A stretch of 64,000 bases of DNA. Origin: a virus. This document shows positions 22,734 to 32,482 of the stretch, in pieces. Positions within the stretch are counted from its first letter, which is position 1. The number at the start of each line of letters is the position of its first letter. The position numbers were made by a program, and so were the translations under genes. The stretch is taken from positions 14,699-78,698 of IMG/VR virus record IMGVR_UViG_3300025413_001414; one strand, given 5' to 3'. Below the pieces are notes generated by a model. It made no database searches. It was given only the letters and a program-made list of their open reading frames with translations, and was not told the DNA's origin.

Positions 22734-22774
22734 TACAAAGATACAGCAAGATTTTGTAACCACCAAATTTATTT

Positions 22775-23410
22775 TTATTCAAACCAAGTCACTTTTCCAG
22801 TAAGAATATCATATACAGATCCAACTACTCTTACTTGATTTGTATTTACAAGATTATTAATAACTGGTTTAGAATTTTTGAGACTATCTACATTTGAAGT
22901 TACATTACATTTGATTGCTTCATAAATAAAATTACTATCAGTCTTTTTAACTTTCTTAGTAGATTGTTGAATTTTCTCAATAAGAACTTGAATATGATTG
23001 TCAAACTTACTATTTGAGTTGACCGCTGCAGTAACCGCACCACAACTAGTATGGCCCATTATAACAATTAGATTAGTATGTAGATTCAAAATAGCATACT
23101 CTATACTTGATAAGTTATCATCATTTATAACATTGCCAGCAACTCTAATTACAAAAAGTTCTCCAAGACCTTTATTAAATATTATTTCTGGAGAAACTCT
23201 TGAGTCAGCGCAAGTAATAATAACAGCTTTAGGATTTTGACCTTTAGATAAAAAAAGTCTGGTTAACGAATCTCGATTTTTACTGCTAAATAATCCAGAA
23301 GTATATTCATTATTTCCAGATTTTAACCAAGTTAGAAGTGAATCATTTTTAGATTGTGAGAAACTTAAATTACTAATTAAAAGTAATAAAATAAGGATAA
23401 AATTTTTCAT
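22775..23410 (-). CDS. Beta-class carbonic anhydrase with signal peptide
   Basis: CADSRV, RVAGN, GHTSCGAV. Confidence 0.92.
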   Translation of the reverse strand: MKNFILILLLLISNLSFSQSKNDSLLTWLKSGNNEYTSGLFSSKNRDSLTRLFLSKGQNPKAVIITCADSRVSPEIIFNKGLGELFVIRVAGNVINDDNLSSIEYAILNLHTNLIVIMGHTSCGAVTAAVNSNSKFDNHIQVLIEKIQQSTKKVKKTDSNFIYEAIKCNVTSNVDSLKNSKPVINNLVNTNQVRVVGSVYDILTGKVTWFE

Positions 23411-23411
23411 T

Positions 23412-23606
23412 TTATTTTTTTATATCTTTCGTAAATAAATTTGTTGAGAATTCAAAAAAAGATATAATATGTTCATTAACCTTGTGTTTATTTACCTTAC
23501 CACAGTTAGTACATTTTGATTCCTTTTCCTTTTCTTTAGAAGTATAATTGATTGTGTATTTATGATTGCACCCTTTACAAAGTACAAATTTATCTTTGAC
23601 TTTCAT
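23412..23606 (-). CDS. Small Zn-ribbon protein
   Basis: CKGC...CTNC. Confidence 0.5.
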   Translation of the reverse strand: MKVKDKFVLCKGCNHKYTINYTSKEKEKESKCTNCGKVNKHKVNEHIISFFEFSTNLFTKDIKK

Positions 23607-24090
23607 TAAAATATTCTAATATTTTATCCCAATTTTCATAAGGAGGTTTGCCATATTGTAATTGGGTTCCTTTGAATCCTGGCCAAGGCATATCATCAAT
23701 TAAATAATCTCCTATTAATAAATCTTTATTGGGTGATATAATTAACTTCTGACAAAATTTTAAATCAAAATGTTTTTCAATCCAAAGTCTTTTCTCTGTA
23801 TAACAAAGTGGATTCATATAGGATGGTCTAGTTAAAATATAAACATCAAAAGATTTTCTTAATTTATTTACTGCATCAATAGCCCCTTCCAAAGGTTCTA
23901 ATTGTAGAAAAAATCCTTCTTTAGATTGTGGGTATTTTATATCTGGATGTAATTCACGCATTTCATGATAATGTGATAAATAATCACAAATGGTATCGTC
24001 CATATCAATATATACTATCTCTTTCCCCTTTAACTCATTATCATCAATAGGTGAATAAACATTGGTCTCAAATCTTTTTAAGTATTTCAT
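23590..24090 (-). CDS. 5'(3')-deoxyribonucleotidase (NT5C/HAD)
   Basis: YIDMDDT, EKRLWIEKHF, GDYLIDD. Confidence 0.88.
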   Translation of the reverse strand: MKYLKRFETNVYSPIDDNELKGKEIVYIDMDDTICDYLSHYHEMRELHPDIKYPQSKEGFFLQLEPLEGAIDAVNKLRKSFDVYILTRPSYMNPLCYTEKRLWIEKHFDLKFCQKLIISPNKDLLIGDYLIDDMPWPGFKGTQLQYGKPPYENWDKILEYFNESQR

Positions 24091-24115
24091 ATTAATATAT
24101 ATTAATATATATTAA
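24091..24115. promoter_or_regulatory. Bidirectional late-type promoter
   Basis: Palindromic tandem ATTAATATATATTAATATATATTAAT between divergent genes that both carry the N-terminal tag. Confidence 0.55.
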
Positions 24116-24126
24116 TACAAAATTAC

Positions 24127-24588
24127 ATGAGACATATAAAAAAATTTGAATCTTTCTCAAGTGAAAGAGTTGGTGATGAACTAGTAACATATATTGACAA
24201 TATTTTTTATGGCTATGATAAATTTGAAAGTTTATTATCAAATGGTGAGATAGAAGAGATAACTGATGCTGAAGTTGAACGAATTAAATATTTAATTGAT
24301 TTAGAAGAACCTTCACCGATAAAAAAGTATGAAATTGGCAAAAGATTTAGATCTGATAATTTTAAATCCTGTGTAAGTTTTGATATGAATTTTGGTCGTA
24401 AAAATGGAACCGGGTATATTATATTCTATAAATTTAAAGATGAATGGTGGTTAGTTGAATTATGCACAAATGAAAATGCGACATCCAGATCGCGCAATAG
24501 AAGAGCATACAAAGCTTGGTTATTAGACAGTATGGATGGTATAGAAAAATGGGCAGATACAGAACTTGAAAAAGTTTTAGAAGTATAA
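24127..24588 (+). CDS. Hypothetical protein with MRHIKKFESF tag
   Basis: ORF. Confidence 0.6.
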   Translation: MRHIKKFESFSSERVGDELVTYIDNIFYGYDKFESLLSNGEIEEITDAEVERIKYLIDLEEPSPIKKYEIGKRFRSDNFKSCVSFDMNFGRKNGTGYIIFYKFKDEWWLVELCTNENATSRSRNRRAYKAWLLDSMDGIEKWADTELEKVLEV

Positions 24589-24593
24589 TTTAC

Positions 24594-24770
24594 ATGGAAA
24601 CATATTCATTTTTTTACAACGGCAAATGGTATCAAGTTGGTGACTTTATCAGAATGGGTTTATTTAGAAGTGCTTGGGAAATAATACACATAATTGACGG
24701 TGGATCCACTGTAATAACAAGAAACGGAAAATATAAAAAAATAGAAGGTAAGGTTAGAATATCAGATTAA
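24594..24770 (+). CDS. Small hypothetical protein (58 aa)
   Basis: METYSFFYNGKWYQVGDFIRMG..., below ORF-track cutoff. Confidence 0.45.
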   Translation: METYSFFYNGKWYQVGDFIRMGLFRSAWEIIHIIDGGSTVITRNGKYKKIEGKVRISD

Positions 24771-25358
24771 ATAATATTGCTTATTTTCTTTGTTATATCC
24801 AACGACTCCACTTTTGTATAGTTCAAAAATAATTTTTTCAGCTTTTGCGTGGCAGTTATTATGTTCTTGCACTGTACATATATCCAAATTTAATAAATTA
24901 TTATTTGATTTATCTCCATCTATATGATGAACAACTTCCCCCTTTTCAAGTGGTCTTCCAATTTTCTCTTGCATTAAAAAGATATGCTCTCTTATTCTTC
25001 CTCCATATACAGAAGAAGTTGATTTATTCAAATATTTATAATCTGATCCTACATATATACAAACATATCCATTACTATCAATAATTTTTGATCCAATGAG
25101 ATGATCATGCTTATTTGGATTCTTTTTATTATAAGATTTGGTAGCTAAACTAAAAACATTTCCGCAATTTCCACAAAAATGCTCGTAATTATTATTAGCT
25201 CTTTTTGGTGAAAAATTATCAGATGTTCTTTCAAATAGAGAATAACAATTATCACATTTTAATTTATATGTTTTCCTTTTTCTTTTCTTTTTAAATAATT
25301 TACCAGCAATTGATTTAAATTCAAATTCGGATTCTATATAATATATATCTATTATCAT
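24762..25358 (-). mobile_element. HNH homing endonuclease
   Basis: REH...VVHHIDGDKSNN..NL...EHNNCH. Confidence 0.85.
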
Positions 25359-25423
25359 AACTTTTTATTTTTATATATTAAAAACAAAAAGTCAAAAATT
25401 TCAAAAAAACAAAGTTTTTGTCT

Positions 25424-25759
25424 TTACATTGAAAATGAATTTCCGCATCCACAAACACGAGAAGCTTGTGGATTGATCCATTCAAAACCTCTACCATTTA
25501 ACCCATCAGAGTAATTTAATTCGGTTCCCCACAAATATAATAAAGATTTTTTATCAACTAAAACTTTAAGCCCGCCATCAACATCAAAAACTTCATCAAC
25601 TCCTTCCTGAATTTTATCATCAAAATCCATGGTATAGCTCAAGCCACTGCAGCCCCCACCCTTCACTCCGACTCTGAGGTGGTGTGTATCTGGTGTGATT
25701 CCTTCTTTCATCATTAATTCTATGATATGTTCTAAAGCTTGATTTGTAACGGTTATCAT
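25424..25759 (-). CDS. iscA: Fe-S cluster A-type carrier (IscA/HesB)
   Basis: GGGCSGLSY, CGCGNSF. Confidence 0.93.
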   Translation of the reverse strand: MITVTNQALEHIIELMMKEGITPDTHHLRVGVKGGGCSGLSYTMDFDDKIQEGVDEVFDVDGGLKVLVDKKSLLYLWGTELNYSDGLNGRGFEWINPQASRVCGCGNSFSM

Positions 25760-26070
25760 AATATTTGATTTAATTTTTGTTCTCTAATATATGATTGATA
25801 TTTACTAACTGTATCATTACAATACTTTGAGGTAAATTTCATATCATATTTTATAATATATTTATAATTCTTTTGCTTTTTAAAGAAGCTGTCGTAAAAG
25901 TGTCTCTCTAATTCTTCGATTAATTCACAATTATAAAAAATAAAATGTCTTTCAGAGTGCTTAGAATATTTTATAATTTGTGGAATATCTATTTTTTCAT
26001 TGACAATTATATGCAACAATCCACCATCAAATGTCACATTTACTATCACTATTTCATTTTTAAAACTCAT
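25756..26070 (-). CDS. Hypothetical with C-terminal REQKLNQIL tag
   Basis: ORF. Confidence 0.55.
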   Translation of the reverse strand: MSFKNEIVIVNVTFDGGLLHIIVNEKIDIPQIIKYSKHSERHFIFYNCELIEELERHFYDSFFKKQKNYKYIIKYDMKFTSKYCNDTVSKYQSYIREQKLNQIL

Positions 26071-26072
26071 AA

Positions 26073-26369
26073 CTAATAATCATAGTCGTCATCATCTTCT
26101 TGATCTTCATCTTCTTCGTCATCATCCTCAGAATAGAACTCCTCATAATCAGGATAATCGATAGCATCATTGTCCTTGAAAAAAAGAATTAAGTCTTTTA
26201 TTTCTTTAATATTTAAGCCTACATTTTTGATTTTTATCATTTTGTCATCTTCTTCTAAGATTGTATATTCTATCTTAGAGTCATTTTGTAAATCGTCTAA
26301 TTTATCAAATACAACACTTCTATCTTGTGATTCATCTAAGCTATAATATTTGCAAAGTTTCATAAGCAA
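26073..26369 (-). CDS. Acidic hypothetical protein
   Basis: D/E-rich tail. Confidence 0.55.
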   Translation of the reverse strand: MLMKLCKYYSLDESQDRSVVFDKLDDLQNDSKIEYTILEEDDKMIKIKNVGLNIKEIKDLILFFKDNDAIDYPDYEEFYSEDDDEEDEDQEDDDDYDY

Positions 26370-26372
26370 TTT

Positions 26373-27107
26373 TTATTTTTTCAATTTTCTATATATTAAA
26401 GTATTGGATAAAATTTGTTTATCACTTGAATCTTCCCATTTAGCAGATATCATTAAATTATCACCAATTAAACTAACTGTATAATATCTATTTTTACCAA
26501 TTCTGAAAGTGGCATAGTTGTCTTCTATCTTGATAGGTTCAACATCATCATTTTGATTACCATCAAAATTAGTTAGTGTTTTTACAAAATCAAAAGTTTC
26601 ATTTTTTTTGTAGTATTCATTTTTTAAAAGTTTTAAGAATGGATCAACTTCTGGTAAGACTTGATTTTTTCTAACACCAAATACATCTTTCCATTTCATC
26701 GCTATGGTTATGTGAAAATCCTGCTCAGAAAGTCCGTATTTTTTCCTGACTTCTTGTAATTCTTCGGATTTTACTACCACAAAATAAGCACGATTGCCAT
26801 TTTTTTCAGCAGTTCCCAAACCAATTAAATTTACATTAAATTCCATACTGAATATATGTTCCAGACTATTTACAAATTTATCTATACCTACTTCTTTGCA
26901 AAGTCTATTATACTCCATAACATTTATCACGGTAATATGATACTTTCCATGATCTCTATTTTTTTGAATATTTATATATTCCTCATATTCATCATTTAAA
27001 ATATTTTTAAGCTTTTCTAAATATGTGGCTACCATTTCTGGATAAATATTTACACCAATATAATTATTACCTATTGTATCGGTAATATAGGATAGTCTAG
27101 TATTCAT
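26373..27107 (-). CDS. 2H phosphoesterase
   Basis: Two HxT motifs: YHITV and FHITI. Confidence 0.75.
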   Translation of the reverse strand: MNTRLSYITDTIGNNYIGVNIYPEMVATYLEKLKNILNDEYEEYINIQKNRDHGKYHITVINVMEYNRLCKEVGIDKFVNSLEHIFSMEFNVNLIGLGTAEKNGNRAYFVVVKSEELQEVRKKYGLSEQDFHITIAMKWKDVFGVRKNQVLPEVDPFLKLLKNEYYKKNETFDFVKTLTNFDGNQNDDVEPIKIEDNYATFRIGKNRYYTVSLIGDNLMISAKWEDSSDKQILSNTLIYRKLKK

Positions 27108-27150
27108 AATCTATATATAGTTATTTTTTATTTAAAAAGATAATACAAAA

Positions 27151-27264
27151 ATAATACCATTATCAAGTGCTAAGACAGAAGAAGAGATAGTAAAATTGAA
27201 CCATTATACGAATCTTCAACCACTATGTGGTAAAATAAATAGAGATATCAAAAAGGAAAAATAG
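27151..27264 (+). pseudogene. C-terminal remnant of HNH endonuclease (same family as 2972-3826)
   Basis: IIPLSSAKTEEEIVKLNHYTNLQPLC..., no start codon. Confidence 0.7.
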
Positions 27265-27269
27265 TAAAG

Positions 27270-28445
27270 TCATATAATTTCTTTAAATTTTTCAATTTCT
27301 AATCTCTTTATTTCCTTACCTAATTCAGCACCTTTGAATCCTTGTTTCATTAACTCTTCAGCTGAAACAGATGGTTTGTATTTTATAAAAGCCAAATGAG
27401 TTGCATCATTTATTTGATTTATTTTATACCAATCTAAGATAACTTCATCACTAACTCTCGCAACTGTTCTCTTTTTATACATTTCTGTAACATCATCTAC
27501 TTTAAAATCTAAAAGAGATATCAAGAAAACTATCCTTCTAGCCATATCCACTTCAATTTTACAATCTTGAACTAACTTATCTAATATATTTTTGTTTTCT
27601 TTTAACAAATTAGCTAAGTAAACTTCTAAATATTTAGAATCTCTGATATCAGTATTGATTTTAAAGCCAGGTAGAATTTCTTCCCATAATCCGAATTTAG
27701 TCAATAGATTTAAATATTCTGAAAAATCTTTGGCTTGTTTGAAAGCTTTTTTAAGCTCATCCCAAATTCTCTCTTGTGATACATCATCTTTTGGACTTAT
27801 ACCTCTTAATCTATTATCTTTTCTTATGGCTTGATCCGTTTTAGAATCAATCTTACCACCAGTTCTTGTGGCAAACCTCAAAATTCTAAGGATTCTTAGA
27901 CGATCTTCTATAAATCTCTTATTAGCATCACCTACTGCTCTAACTATACCATTTTTTATATCATCAACACCACCAACTAAATCAACTATCTGTTTGTTTT
28001 TAATGTCATAGAATAGAGCATTCATAGTCAGGTCTCTTCTATTACAATCATCTTCAATAGTTACATCACCACCTACTTCAACTTTTTTTTCATCGCCTTT
28101 CGTATCTCTACCACCAGAAATATCCCTTCTATAAGAAGCAATTTCATAACCGCCTGGTTCATCTTTTGTATAGACTCTTAATACACCAAAATTTTTACCT
28201 TGTTCATCAGAAATATTGAATTCTTTTAATATTTCTTTTGATTCATTAGGAAGAGCATTTGTTACCAAATCATAATCTTTTGGTTCTATACCTTGTATGA
28301 AATCTCTAACTGCACCACCGACTAAAAAGATGTCTTTACCTGCTTTAATATAAGCATTTGATATGTCTATAATATCATTTGGTAGAGGAATTTCTGTTGA
28401 GATTTTATTCTCATTTATAAATTGTCTATATCTTTTAATTTTCAT
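27270..28445 (-). CDS. cca: tRNA nucleotidyltransferase (CCA-adding, class II)
   Basis: [29 protein letters not shown]. Confidence 0.88.
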   Translation of the reverse strand: MKIKRYRQFINENKISTEIPLPNDIIDISNAYIKAGKDIFLVGGAVRDFIQGIEPKDYDLVTNALPNESKEILKEFNISDEQGKNFGVLRVYTKDEPGGYEIASYRRDISGGRDTKGDEKKVEVGGDVTIEDDCNRRDLTMNALFYDIKNKQIVDLVGGVDDIKNGIVRAVGDANKRFIEDRLRILRILRFATRTGGKIDSKTDQAIRKDNRLRGISPKDDVSQERIWDELKKAFKQAKDFSEYLNLLTKFGLWEEILPGFKINTDIRDSKYLEVYLANLLKENKNILDKLVQDCKIEVDMARRIVFLISLLDFKVDDVTEMYKKRTVARVSDEVILDWYKINQINDATHLAFIKYKPSVSAEELMKQGFKGAELGKEIKRLEIEKFKEII

Positions 28446-28913
28446 TTTGGTTCATTTTTTTCTTTCTTTCTATCCAAGCAAGTTTCATTTTTAACTTGTG
28501 TTCTTCTGATTTTGGTTTACCTTTTCTTATCTCTGATAGCTTCTTTTTTGTTTCTTCGAATAACTTTTTACCTTTTTTTGATTGAGATAATTTCATTTTT
28601 GCTTCTTCTTACATAGGAATTCCCTTATTCCAAGATTTTGTTCCTTTTTTAGTTTTGGAAATTTTGTCTTTTGTGTTGTTTGAGTGCTTCTTACCATAAA
28701 AACTATTTTTTTACCTAACTTTGATTCTGATTTCTTTTTCCTAGTATCTTCTGGTTCTATCCTACCTGTCAATGCTTTAGATATTTTACTTTTTGTTTCT
28801 TCTGAAAGAGTGTCGACATATTTTGGATGATTTTGTCCTGCAGATGTTGATCCTATGTAGAATTTAGGTAATTTATCACCACTATAAGTAACTAAGTATG
28901 TAACATATTTCAT
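28445..28913 (-). pseudogene. Degenerate GIY-YIG/NUMOD3 homing endonuclease
   Basis: VTYLVT...FYIGST fused directly to SEETKSKISKALTGR; frameshifted tail. Confidence 0.7.
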
Positions 28914-28926
28914 ATGTAAATATAAA

Positions 28927-29172
28927 TTAAAATTTTAATATATATAAATTAATTAGTTCTAAAACTTCATCTGGAGTAGCATCAGTGCATAAGTCAAAAT
29001 CCTTTGGTCTCTCATTATTTAGAAAGTCTCTAACCGCACCACCTACTACAAACAATTTTTTATGATGTTGTTTGAACAATTGATGTAAATCTTTAACAGA
29101 TTGTGTAATAATATTCCACATATCACTTTTACTTTCTAAAAATTCATTGTATTTAGTATTATCATCTTGCAA
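28927..29172 (-). pseudogene. Truncated second CCA-adding enzyme (N-terminus only)
   Basis: [12 protein letters not shown]...KDFDLCTDATPDEV then stop. Confidence 0.8.
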
Positions 29173-29254
29173 ATGTAGTCAAAATTTTAATATATATGGA
29201 CAAAGAAGATCAGGTCGTGGATATTTTAATGGTGTAAAAACTAATATATAAGTA

Positions 29255-29497
29255 ATGAGACATATAAAACTATTTGAGGATTTTAAACAAAAAAATATCA
29301 CAACTGATGATATAATTGAATGTATAAATAATGGTGGAGTTTTATATGCAACTATTATTAAAAATTTTCCAGATAATGATCCAGAAATACCATTAAATCC
29401 AGTAAGTGTGGATAATGAAGGAACAGTAACGGTAGAATTAGATGGGAAAAACTATGAGGTTGAATTAAGACATGTAGATAAAATAGAGTGGAGATAA
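29255..29497 (+). CDS. Hypothetical with MRHIKLFEDF tag
   Basis: TAATATATA at 29242. Confidence 0.6.
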   Translation: MRHIKLFEDFKQKNITTDDIIECINNGGVLYATIIKNFPDNDPEIPLNPVSVDNEGTVTVELDGKNYEVELRHVDKIEWR

Positions 29498-29519
29498 TAA
29501 TAAAAATAATAAATTAAAT

Positions 29520-29867
29520 ATGGAACTTTTAACTAAATCTGGTGGTTCAGTTGAGCTTGTTGTAAGTAAATCGAGTTTAATTGGAACGAGATTAATATTA
29601 AATATAGACCAAAGTGCTAACATCAAAAATGGTGAAGGTGAGGCAGCAATTGCTTTAACCTCGGATGAATGTAAAGAATTGATAGCTGGTCTAAATGAAT
29701 TTATTAGATTATTAGAAGGTCAGGATTACGTGCTTACTGCAAAAAGTGTAGTTGATTTAATAGCTCAACCTGAAGTACAAGAAGTTATGAAAAAGTTAGA
29801 AGATGAAGGTAAGATTAAAAAATTAGAAATAAAAGAAGTACCATTAAGCGCTAGATTAATGAGATAA
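29520..29867 (+). CDS. Hypothetical protein
   Basis: ORF. Confidence 0.6.
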   Translation: MELLTKSGGSVELVVSKSSLIGTRLILNIDQSANIKNGEGEAAIALTSDECKELIAGLNEFIRLLEGQDYVLTAKSVVDLIAQPEVQEVMKKLEDEGKIKKLEIKEVPLSARLMR

Positions 29868-29870
29868 CTG

Positions 29871-30563
29871 TTAAATTAATATTTTTTCAATCTTTTCATT
29901 CCTTAACTCAGCCATATCTATATCCCAATCACGTAAATAAGAGTGAGGTAGATGATCCCTAAATGATGGTATGAGTTTAGTCCAACGCTCATCTAAAGAT
30001 GAATATTCAAATCTTGCATTAAAGATAAATGAATGATATGGTATCTCAAAATCTTTATAAAAATCATCTAAGAAATTAACAAACTCTTCCAATATTTTTT
30101 GTTCTGAATCATAGTTTTCATTTTCATCATCAACCAATCCCAATTGACTATTTGGAGTATAAAAAGTTACTTCATCACGAACATCATCTAAGACATGTGA
30201 ATTACCAAAAGGTCTTTTATAACACATCATAATTGCATTATCTTTATAATCATCAAAGTCAAGGTATAAAAAACGAAGTAATCCCATATGATAATCCTTG
30301 ATATTATGTTTATCTAAAGTGGATTGAGAGGGTTTACCTATCATACTAATGAACTGCATGCAAACAAATAAACGAGAGAGTTCTTCTATGTCTTTAATAT
30401 GCGGATTATCTGATAGCTTCCAAACAAGTTGAGGACTATAATAGCTTGATTCTGATTTGCTAGAGACCAAACTATTTATCTTCTCAATATCACTATCTGT
30501 AATAGAGAATTTTTGGTCTTTGACCAGTCCGTAATTTCCGTAAAAATAAGCTGAATTATACAT
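29871..30563 (-). CDS. Hypothetical with C-terminal RNEKIEKIL tag
   Basis: ORF. Confidence 0.6.
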   Translation of the reverse strand: MYNSAYFYGNYGLVKDQKFSITDSDIEKINSLVSSKSESSYYSPQLVWKLSDNPHIKDIEELSRLFVCMQFISMIGKPSQSTLDKHNIKDYHMGLLRFLYLDFDDYKDNAIMMCYKRPFGNSHVLDDVRDEVTFYTPNSQLGLVDDENENYDSEQKILEEFVNFLDDFYKDFEIPYHSFIFNARFEYSSLDERWTKLIPSFRDHLPHSYLRDWDIDMAELRNEKIEKILI

Positions 30564-30577
30564 AAATTTTATTTAAA

Positions 30578-30772
30578 AACAACAGCCCCGTTACGGTAGT
30601 AATCAGAGGTCCGGTCTTGTCGAAAGATAATTAGTCTTCCCCAGGTTAACCTGACTAAATCTGTTTAGACATCAGTGTAACGACTGACCAAAGTGAGTTT
30701 CACTACCTACAAAGCTTTAAAACGGAGTATGAATCCCGTTGCATCATTGTTGTCCTACAGATAACTGTTGTT
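30578..30772 (-). ncRNA. Unassigned ~195-nt structured RNA
   Basis: GC-elevated intergenic stretch, closing stem AACAACAGUU/GGCUGUUGUU, multiple hairpins, promoter TATATTTG at 30777-84. Confidence 0.65.
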
Positions 30773-30801
30773 ATCACAAATATACAAAATTAAATGAAAT
30801 A

Positions 30802-30831
30802 AAAAAATAGGAACCGAAGTTCCTATTTTTT
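30802..30831. terminator. Intrinsic terminator
   Basis: AAAAAATAGGAAC-CGAA-GTTCCTATTTTTT. Confidence 0.8.
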
Positions 30832-32350
30832 ACTTATCATCATTTTCCAAAACAATCTGTTTTACTTTACCATTTGAACGAGCGATTGGAACTTTAGTAC
30901 CAACAGATATCATCAAGACATTACCTTTAACTTTTGACAAATCAAGTGAGTCAGTATAACCATCTGTTAACAGAATTGTTGCGTATTGGTTGAAGTGTTC
31001 TACTACATAGTCAAATCCAGTTTGCATTATTGTACCTCCAAGTCCGCGAATTGGAACTTTATCCAATCCTTTCTTATTCTTGATATTTTTAACCCATTTG
31101 ATTTCAGTATCACTTTCAATCAAATTGATTTCAATATCGTTACGATATACATAAGAAAGAACTCTTTCAAAAGTGCCAGATCCACCCATACTTCCTGATG
31201 TATCAAGAATAACGTTAATCTTTGTTTTAATCTTACGGTTACCTTTCAAACCAGGCACTTGACGACGATTAGGTTTAACAATAGTCTTTTGTTTTTTAGT
31301 ACCAAAGATTTCATTAGCGATTGAACGCTTGATATGTTTCAAATAATCTTTCCTTTTCTTACGAAGCTTATTCAAAGTCTGTTCGATGTTTCCTACTTGA
31401 AGGCCACGAGCCTGTAATCTTTCCATCACATCTTTTACCATAGACTCTCTCATTTCCTCCGGAATTTCATCACCCATGTGGACGTCCATGTATTGACCTT
31501 GAGTATTCTCCATGTTGTCAAAGATTTGATCCAATGACCAAGTATCAATAGTTCCTTTGTCATTTTTCGGATCTTTACCATAAGGGCCATAAGAAGATTT
31601 ACCTTGAGAATCTTTACCATCTTGACCACCACTTCCACCACAATCTGGACAAGGTTCGCCTTTACCATGTTGATGACCTTGACCATTTTGATTCTGACCA
31701 TTCTGATCTTGTTGACCATCTTGACCACTCTGACCTTGACCATCTTGTGGCTGAGCTTCACCTTGATCTTGTTGAGGTTGACCTTGTTGATTCTTTTGAC
31801 CCTCTTGTTTTTGACCAGTACCGTTACAAGTCTTACACTGGCCGTTTTTCTTTTGTTTCTTTTTGTGCTCGTCTTGTTTATCACGAAGCCACTCATAAAC
31901 TTCTTCAAAGATTAATTTACCAGTATATTCTTTAGGAATAAACAAAGCCATGTTCTTACCATTTTCATCCTTAGGAATTTCAATGAAAGAATTTGGAATA
32001 TCTTCCCAGATGATATGATTGATAATCATATCTTGAGCGATATTAGAAAGTTGATGGTCGTATTGACCAGTAATAGTACGTTTAGGGTGATTCCACAAAA
32101 GGTGGAAATCTTCGTGTAGAGTAATGAAGTTAACCTCTTTTTGAGACATCTTCTCCAAGAACTCTGAATTGTAATAGAATTGCATACCCTTTGCAGTCAT
32201 ATTTACACCACAAGTAGGTACTGCTTTATTATTTTCGTGGAAGTTAATGAAAAGATTGAACGTTCCATAATATGGTAGGTTCACTTTTGTATCAATCAAC
32301 ATAATCTGTATAGATTCCATTAATTTCTCGTGAATGTTCTTTAATTGCAT
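30830..32350 (-). CDS. Metallopeptidase-VWA protein (DUF2201-like, MoxR partner)
   Basis: HEDFH, DTSGSM MIDAS, GLGGT, LTDGY. Confidence 0.85.
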   Translation of the reverse strand: MQLKNIHEKLMESIQIMLIDTKVNLPYYGTFNLFINFHENNKAVPTCGVNMTAKGMQFYYNSEFLEKMSQKEVNFITLHEDFHLLWNHPKRTITGQYDHQLSNIAQDMIINHIIWEDIPNSFIEIPKDENGKNMALFIPKEYTGKLIFEEVYEWLRDKQDEHKKKQKKNGQCKTCNGTGQKQEGQKNQQGQPQQDQGEAQPQDGQGQSGQDGQQDQNGQNQNGQGHQHGKGEPCPDCGGSGGQDGKDSQGKSSYGPYGKDPKNDKGTIDTWSLDQIFDNMENTQGQYMDVHMGDEIPEEMRESMVKDVMERLQARGLQVGNIEQTLNKLRKKRKDYLKHIKRSIANEIFGTKKQKTIVKPNRRQVPGLKGNRKIKTKINVILDTSGSMGGSGTFERVLSYVYRNDIEINLIESDTEIKWVKNIKNKKGLDKVPIRGLGGTIMQTGFDYVVEHFNQYATILLTDGYTDSLDLSKVKGNVLMISVGTKVPIARSNGKVKQIVLENDDK

Positions 32351-32482
32351 ACGGTATATATTATTTATTTATACAAAGATACAAAATATTTATGAAACTA
32401 AAAAATATTTTACTTAAAAGTCAACTTTACATATTAGGGATAATGTAATTATCCATATATAGATATAAACAAAGTTAATAAA

